From Octopus vulgaris (lineage: Eukaryota): a stretch of 64,000 nt of DNA. The DNA lies in contig OX597816.1 of the NCBI GenBank assembly GCA_951406725.2, positions 51,956,001 to 52,020,000 on the forward strand. Direction: 5' to 3'. The notes beneath the pieces were generated by a model, which was not told where the DNA came from, did not search any database, and worked only from the letters and a program-made list of their open reading frames with translations. A program made the position numbers and the translations under genes. The stretch's first letter is position 1; the number at the start of each line of letters is the position of its first letter. Shown here one piece after another: positions 56,883-64,000 of the stretch.

Positions 56883-57068
56883 ACAGTTCTATATTTAAGA
56901 GATGAGGAATTATGTACATTATTTACATTATCTACATTTTTACATTATTTACATTCGACGGATATAAAGAAGAATGCTGGAGGATATATCAGCTGAAAAG
57001 TTGTGTTAACAACAAACAAGATGAGGACAAATATCCGCCGAATGTAAATAATGTAAATAATGTAAATT
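56883..57068. mobile_element. Second fold-back copy of the HHR-SINE tail
   Basis: Starts with the same terminus ACAGTTCTATATTTAAGAGATGAGGAATT as the 18.5 kb copy, then inverts into the plus-strand tail with a degenerate HHR. Confidence 0.8.
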
Positions 57069-57129
57069 GCTCTATTGAACCTTTCAGTCCAGAATCCTAG
57101 AAACTTTCGAGTAAGATATATTTTAGTCT

Positions 57130-57355
57130 TTATCTTTATCTTTCATTTGTTTCAGCCTATGGACTGCGGCCAAGCTGGGGCATCGCCTTGAATGGCTCAG
57201 TCAAGCGAATCGACCCAAGTGTATATTTTTCTAAGTCGTATATAAGTGTATATTTTTCTATCAAGCTTTGCTCAACTGTGAAGTTACAGTGATCTACAGC
57301 TATCAAGTAGTGTGTTGAAAACAAATACAAAGACACAAGACACACACATACAAAA
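57130..57355 (-). mobile_element. Diverged SINE family A 3' part
   Basis: TTGTTTCAG..GACTGCGGCCAAGCTGGGGCATCGCC. Confidence 0.6.
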
Positions 57356-57381
57356 ATGCACACTCCCACCCATACATGTAC

Positions 57382-57447
<66 letters not shown>

Positions 57448-57454
57448 GAGGGGA

Positions 57455-57827
57455 ATTAAAGCATTCGAGCTTTGGTGTCGGAGAAGACTTTTGCAGATTC
57501 CATGGACAGCGAGGCTTACCAATGGAGAAGTTCGTAAGCAGATAAGGCCGAAAATGTCGCTAGAAGCTGGGATCACCAAGCGTAGATTGGCATATTTCGA
57601 TCATATTATGCGGAGAGAATCCCTGAAGAAGGACATCATGCTCGGAATGGTGAGTGGCAAGAGAGGAAGAGGCCGACCAAGAACCCGCTGGCTTGACACC
57701 ATCTGGAGTGATACCGGAATGGTCATGGCCAGTCTGAAGGAAGCGGCCCATGATAGAACTGGCTGGAAGACACTGATCCAAAGAGTGACCGAGAGTCGAC
57801 TTCGACTGAGCGGTTAGAGAGAGAGAT
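57455..57827 (+). mobile_element. 5'-truncated RTE (BovB-like) LINE
   Basis: Open frame IKAFELWCRRRLLQIPWTAR..LAYFDHIMRR..IMLGMVSGKRGRGRPRTRWLD; (GA)n tail; TSD ACGAGGGGA at 57446-57454 and 57828-57836. Confidence 0.92.
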
Positions 57828-57937
57828 ACGAGGGGATGCTGAAAAGTTTCTGGCTTTCGGTAAAAGAAAATACAGTATGATCATTTAATTATTGTATAAT
57901 CCGACGTATTTCCCTCTCATATTTACACACTTATAGC
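57828..57937. mobile_element. Mariner-like terminal fragment
   Basis: TACGAGGGGATGCTGAAAAGTT resembles a mariner TIR and the reverse complement of the 50630-50654 end. Confidence 0.55.
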
Positions 57938-57979
57938 ACACACACATGTACACACACATACATATATTTATATATATAT

Positions 57980-58545
57980 TCCAGGAAAGTTAGAGATTGT
58001 GAATCCAACCAACTAAGGGATAATATCTATCCAATATACTGCTGGTAGAATACCCAATTATGAATACACAAGTGTTTTTTATTGCATTGCAAATACATTA
58101 CCGAGTGTACTACATCGGTGAGGTAAAGAGTTATTTTACCATAAATTAATAAAGCAATAAGAAAATGCAGGTGACCAATAGGTGATTCTTCAACTTTTAG
58201 ACATTGTTTTATGTCAATTTATTTATTTATTTATTTATTTATTCATTTACTAAAATGACAATTACAAGAATATACATACATGTAAAACATATGCTTTACA
58301 TATAAAATATAAAGATACTAATAGTTATTAAAATATATAACATACAGGAATAGAAATTGGGAAAATATCTGACAGCTGTTTCAGCCAAGAGGCAAAAATA
58401 CCTCATTCTACCTTTATCCCTCCAGTAAACTGAAGTAATTAGTAGATGAAATTGAGGTACTTGAATATGTCTCTAGGCTTCGTCAGAGATTTTAGAAATT
58501 ACTTATGGTTAAGTTATAAATATAAATACACACATATTTACATAC
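57980..58545 (-). mobile_element. Solo PLE pLTR-like repeat with hammerhead
   Basis: Between TA tracts; end related to 32915-33070; contains an HHR at 58362-58493. Confidence 0.65.
58362..58493 (-). ncRNA. Type-I hammerhead, canonical core, ~100 nt stem II
   Basis: Minus strand: AAAAUCU CUGACGA AGCCUAGAG..GUACCUCA..UGAGGUAU..CUCUUGGCU GAAA CAGCUG UC AGAUAUUUU. Confidence 0.8.
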
Positions 58546-58639
58546 TTATATATATATATATATATATATACAAATGCATACATATATAAATATAAATATA
58601 TATAAATACATAAATACACCAGTGAAAAATATCTGGGGA

Positions 58640-59625
58640 TCTCAAAGTAATTAGTCTTACTCTAGGTCCCAGACTAGAAAGTATATGTGCTTTCTGTGTT
58701 TGGGGAATAGTAGAGCAGATGCGGGGTACTACTTAAAAAAAGGATTGGACAACAAGAGCAAAAGATGGCACAGGAAGGTTCAACTGCCTGTACAAACTAC
58801 CAGTAGACCCAGAAAAAGTATTCCTGCTTTCATTACATCTCAAATTAGGCATGACAAAATATTTCATAAAAGGCATGGATCCTAAAGGAAATGGGTTTCA
58901 GTACTCGTGTAAGAAGTTTGCTGGTGTGGTATCTGAAGCAAAGTTAAAAGCGAGGTTTTGAAAGGTGCTTAGATTTGCATGCTGATTAATAATAGTGAGT
59001 TTGCTTAAAACACTAAACCCTTTCGAGACTGCTACAGGGAAATCATTTGTTGATGTGACCCAGAACTTTCTTGGAAATTACCGTGAAGACAACTATGAAG
59101 AAATTGCTGAAACCATGATAGAAAATTATCAAGCTCTGGGTTCACGAATGTCTTTGAAGCTTCATTTCTCTCATTCTCATCAGGATTTCTTCCGAGATAA
59201 CCTAGGAGACATCAGTGATGACCACAGAGAAAGATTTCACCAAGACATTACGATAACAGAGAGCAGGTATCAGAGCCGGTTCACTCCTAATAAGTTGGGA
59301 GACTACTGCTGGACACTGCAATGTGAAGACAACTAGCAGAACAAGTGTAGAAACAAAATCAGGAAAAGCTTGTTGGACTTCCATTTTTCTCAATATATGA
59401 AGTATTGTTAAAACCAATAAGGCAAATTAAATCACTAGTTAGTATATATACATACCTCCTCGCCATATGTTAAAAAAGGGATGGGGTACGCAGAACATAT
59501 TTCCCACCCAAAATACAGAAATCCTGGCCTAGTGTCAAAGCTAAATTCAGCGCTAAATTCAGCGCTAGAAAATTAGTAAGAAGTACATATTCATATGTAA
59601 GAACCATTTTGGCTGTTGACCAGTG
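58640..59625 (+). mobile_element. Decayed Chapaev3-like (CMC) DNA transposon, 3' part
   Basis: VFLLSLHLKLGMTKYFIK, FLGNY..NY, MSLKLHFSHSHQDFF.DNLGDISDDHRERFHQDI..RYQ..LGDYCW; terminus TGTTGACCAGTG. Confidence 0.8.
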
Positions 59626-60045
59626 AAATCCATATAATCACTGTTGATGGGGAGAACAACTTCACATGCATCATTTCAAGAGAGAGTATTCTTCTCAGTT
59701 ATATTAATTATTTACGTTGATTGGAGAATGAAAATTAATGTGTAAATGGATTGCCTTAATCTTATTCATTAATGTTTCTATAAGTTACATAGTTCTTGAA
59801 GAAAATGATGAGAAATTATATTTCTTGATTTCTTGTGAATAATCAAATGCAACAAGCGCACGTGACAAGAATCAATCGAAAGGTGGAATAGAAGTCAACA
59901 CTGCTATTCAATCTTGTATTTCAACTATAATATATATATGTAGGACCGGAAACGAGAAAATCCAAGAAGAGATTCATGCAAACTCAGCTATGAATAAATA
60001 ATTATTACATTCTCTAATTGCAAATTGCAAATATCTCTTTCTCTT

Positions 60046-60109
<64 letters not shown>

Positions 60110-60149
60110 CTTGTGTGTATATATATATACAAACATATATATAGTCTTT

Positions 60150-60312
60150 TTTTCATTTTACTTGTTTCAGTCACTTGACTGCGGCAATGCTGGAGTACCT
60201 CATTTTAGTCGACCAAATCGCCCCCAGGGCTTATTCTTTGTAAGCCTAGTACTTATTCTATCGGCCTCTTATGCCGAACAGCTAAGTTACGGGGGCACAC
60301 CAACATCGGACG

Positions 60313-60401
<89 letters not shown>

Positions 60402-60499
60402 CTGTGTTTTAGAAAGAATAGCTATAACTCTTTGACTGCTATTTCTAAATTCGGTGTGTGGTGAGGCAATTCGTTGCTAAACCCTTAATTGCTTAGTAT

Positions 60500-60551
<52 letters not shown>

Positions 60552-60951
60552 GTCTGTGTGGTAAGTAGCGTGCTTACCAACCACATGGTTCTGAGGTCAG
60601 TCCCCCTGCGTGGCACCTTGGGCAAGTGTCTTCTACTATAGCCTCGGGCCGACCAGAGCATTGTGAGTGGATTTGGTAGACGGAAACTGAAAGAACGCGT
60701 CGTATATATGTATATGTATATATGTGCGCGTGTGTTTGTGTATCTGTGTTTTTCCTCCCAGCATCGCTTGACAACCGATGCTGGTGTGTTTACGCCCCCG
60801 TAACTTGGCGTTTCGGCAAAAACACACCACCATCGGTTGTCAAGTGATGTTGCGGGGACAGACACAAACACACAAACATATACACACACATACATACACA
60901 TATATACGACAGGCTTCTTTCAGTTTCCGTCTAACAAAGCCACTCACAAGC

Positions 60952-60953
<2 letters not shown>
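60150..60953. mobile_element. Cluster of SINE family A pieces (60150-60310 -, 60552-60820 +, 60820-60953 -)
   Basis: Matches to family A in both orientations. Confidence 0.8.
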
Positions 60954-60996
<43 letters not shown>

Positions 60997-61981
60997 CACA
61001 CAATATATGCACATACACATATAAATGCATACTTCATTACACAACTTTTATGTTATGTATGTACTATTGAACTGACAATGTTTCCCTTACTATAATGTTG
61101 AAAAAGAAACACCGTATACGTTGCAGCTAACTTGGTAATATTCAACGTCTAATAATTATTGATTTTTCTATATTTTGGACATTTTTCATTTTAATTTTTA
61201 TTTTCAGTCTTTCGTTGCATAGACATGAATATATGTGTATGTATATGTATATATATATGATGTTCGTTCTATGTCACATCGAATGTATTCAAAACTAAAA
61301 CTGACATTTCAACAATCCTTAGTTTTTATCTCCGCACGACTATATTGCCCACTGTTACATCGTAGCTTTCGTTTCCCTAAGATTGTAGGATATTATTTGT
61401 CGGCGGCTTGGCTACTCGATTCGATGACCGAATAATGCCACCTTTTGGAGTCATAAAGATGGAAAAGAATCTCTCCAGCTGAATAGAATTCAAATGTATT
61501 TCTAGTTTTCATTTTATTAACTCCAACGCAATGAATAGAAAAATCAAACTTGAATTGGATGCGAGCTGAGAAATTATTAAAATTCTGCATTGTACCCTTC
61601 ACACGTTTTATGCCCGTAATTAATAGAAACATATTAATTTTTGGAATATAACTAAAATATCAATAAATATTAATTAACTATAATTTGTGTTTCTGTAGAA
61701 AGGTAAAATTATTAAATTTTAGATGAATATTAAATGTTTATGGTAATTAAAATATTAATGAATATGAATATATATGTTGACACAACCAACTTCAAAGATA
61801 AGTGTATTAAACAATGTGAATGAATACATACATACACATACTAACACTCACACACACACACACCACGCATGCACACGCACACGTACACACATATCCATAT
61901 ATATGTATATTGAAGTATATATTTCTAAATAAATATATATGTATATATATATGTGGATAGTATGCATATACCATATAGCTA

Positions 61982-62031
<50 letters not shown>

Positions 62032-62164
62032 CATATATATATGTATGTATGTATATAAATGTGTGTATAGATATGTTTATAGAGAAAACAACAAAAGTGG
62101 ACAGGCAAGTAGATAGTCATGGTGACATAAGTGACTCGCAATTAGGTGTTTTATATATATATAT

Positions 62165-62392
62165 TCTTTTATTCTTTTATTCTTTTAAATGTTCCTGCCA
62201 TTTGACTGCAGCCATGCTGGAGCACCACCTTGAAGGATTTCAGTCGAACAAATTGAATCCAGGACTAAGTGTTTATTCTATCGGTCACTATTGCCGAACA
62301 GCTACGTTACGGAAACGTAAACATGTCAGGTGGTGATAAAGGAGGACAAACACAAACACAAATGCACACTCAGACACAGATACACACACACA

Positions 62393-62450
<58 letters not shown>

Positions 62451-62737
62451 CACACACACGCACACACGACGTGCTTCTTTCAGCTTCTGTCTACCAAATC
62501 GACTTACAAGTCTCAGGTTGGTCTGATGGTATAGTAAAAGACTATGGTACAAAACCATGAGATTGAAACTATAACCATGAGCTTGGGAAGCAAGCTTCTT
62601 ACCACACAGCCACGCCGATAGAATAAGTACTATGCTTACAAAGAATAAGTCCTGGGGTAGATTTGGTCGACTCAAGGCGGTGCTCCAGCATGGCCACAGT
62701 CAAATAACTGAAACAAGTGTAAGAGTAAAAGAGTAAG
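62165..62737. mobile_element. SINE family A (62165-62614 -) joined to a plus-strand tail (62614-62737)
   Basis: Matches to family A. Confidence 0.78.
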
Positions 62738-64000
62738 AGGGTTGAGCAAAATGCACATCTGCTAGTTTTGGCATCAGACTAAGATGCAGATCTAAAATCT
62801 GCATGATTCAATATGTCCTTTAGGTTTTGTAAAACCAGTATGACGTAATTTGAGGAAGGTATTTGCTATTATTTTTATCTAACTTTCAGTGACATATGCT
62901 TTGTGTATTTATCATGGCATACTTTGTAACTCACCATCCATCACACTATCTGTAATCAGATACAGCGTCCGTATCAAATAACATTACAGACCGAGACACA
63001 TTGATGAACTTTTGTCTGAGATTTAATATTCTAAGGTGATCTGATACCTTTCTTGTTACACTTGATATAATGTAGAATAAAGAACTCTGCTTTTAAACAG
63101 CACAAACCACCTACGCATTGACTTAGACGATAGACACTTTAGAAAGTAATCCAATTCTCTCTCCAACCAATTATGTTAATTATGTATATGGAAGCATATT
63201 TTGTTTCTCTCTATATTTTAGTTTAAAAGAAGTGTGGAGAGCTTATTTGTCTGGAGAGTGAAATTTGTTACTTCATATCAAATATAATGAAGTCAATTAA
63301 ATGCTTAATTCGCTAGATTCCATATAATTTATAGATAAGTTTTTTTGGTTTTGCTTTGTTTGTGTATGTGTGCGCCGTTGCAGTGTGTAATAAAACGTCT
63401 GCAATAATCTTCAATATATTTTCTCTAGCAAAATTAATAAACCTAATTGGCACATGATGAAAGTTACTGTACATGTGTCGCCACTATTATACTATCAGTA
63501 GAGACCAGTTATTCATGGATTACATATAACCTGCGATCTTGTCTACAGCATTAACAAATCTGATGATAATTAACTATATCAAGTAAACGATATTTTGGAT
63601 ACTACTCCAAAATTTTCTCTAGAGTATTTCGCTCTAACGTTACATCACGGCAACTGTATGACTGTACATGTCATATTATTAACTAAGTTTCTGTATGTTA
63701 TAACATAGCCGCAGATGTGTGTGTGTGGGTGTATGTGTGTGCGTGTGTGTGTAAGTATGTATGCATGTGTGTCTGTGTGTATTTGTAAGTCGCATTGCGT
63801 TGGAAACAAACATCTGTGTGATATAGTTAATATCTAGATTTTTTTTTATTGTTTTCTATTTTTGGAATATTTCAGAGGCATTTGCTGCTTTGTTATTTCG
63901 AGAAACGAAATATCAGATTTCAAGGCTATGTTATATTGAATGCATATAACAGTATATTTTTATTTTTATTAGTGTTTTGGGTCCTAAATTACATGGGCAA

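Overview
AT-rich, microsatellite-dense animal DNA with no host protein-coding exon that I can support. The repeat content (several tRNA-derived SINE families, (TA)n/(CA)n/(ATT)n tracts) looks like cephalopod, probably Octopus, intronic or intergenic sequence; the taxon is an inference. The main coding feature is a near full-length but frameshifted Penelope-like element (PLE, Neptune-type RT + GIY-YIG endonuclease, 26099-31015, minus strand) with pseudo-LTRs, inserted in (TA)n. Decayed mariner, Chapaev3-like, Helitron, RTE, CR1-like and RLE-type remnants and a second PLE endonuclease remnant are also present. The most striking signal is a set of at least six small repeat families that each carry a minimal type-I hammerhead ribozyme (HHR) fold with a palindromic stem III. 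They include two non-coding tandem arrays (about 545 bp and 359 bp units, retrozyme-like) and a tRNA-headed SINE with an HHR tail that integrates with PLE-style inversions. Three families have natural core variants (U3-A8, U4C, A6U). All folds and alignments were read by eye, with no database search or folding software.
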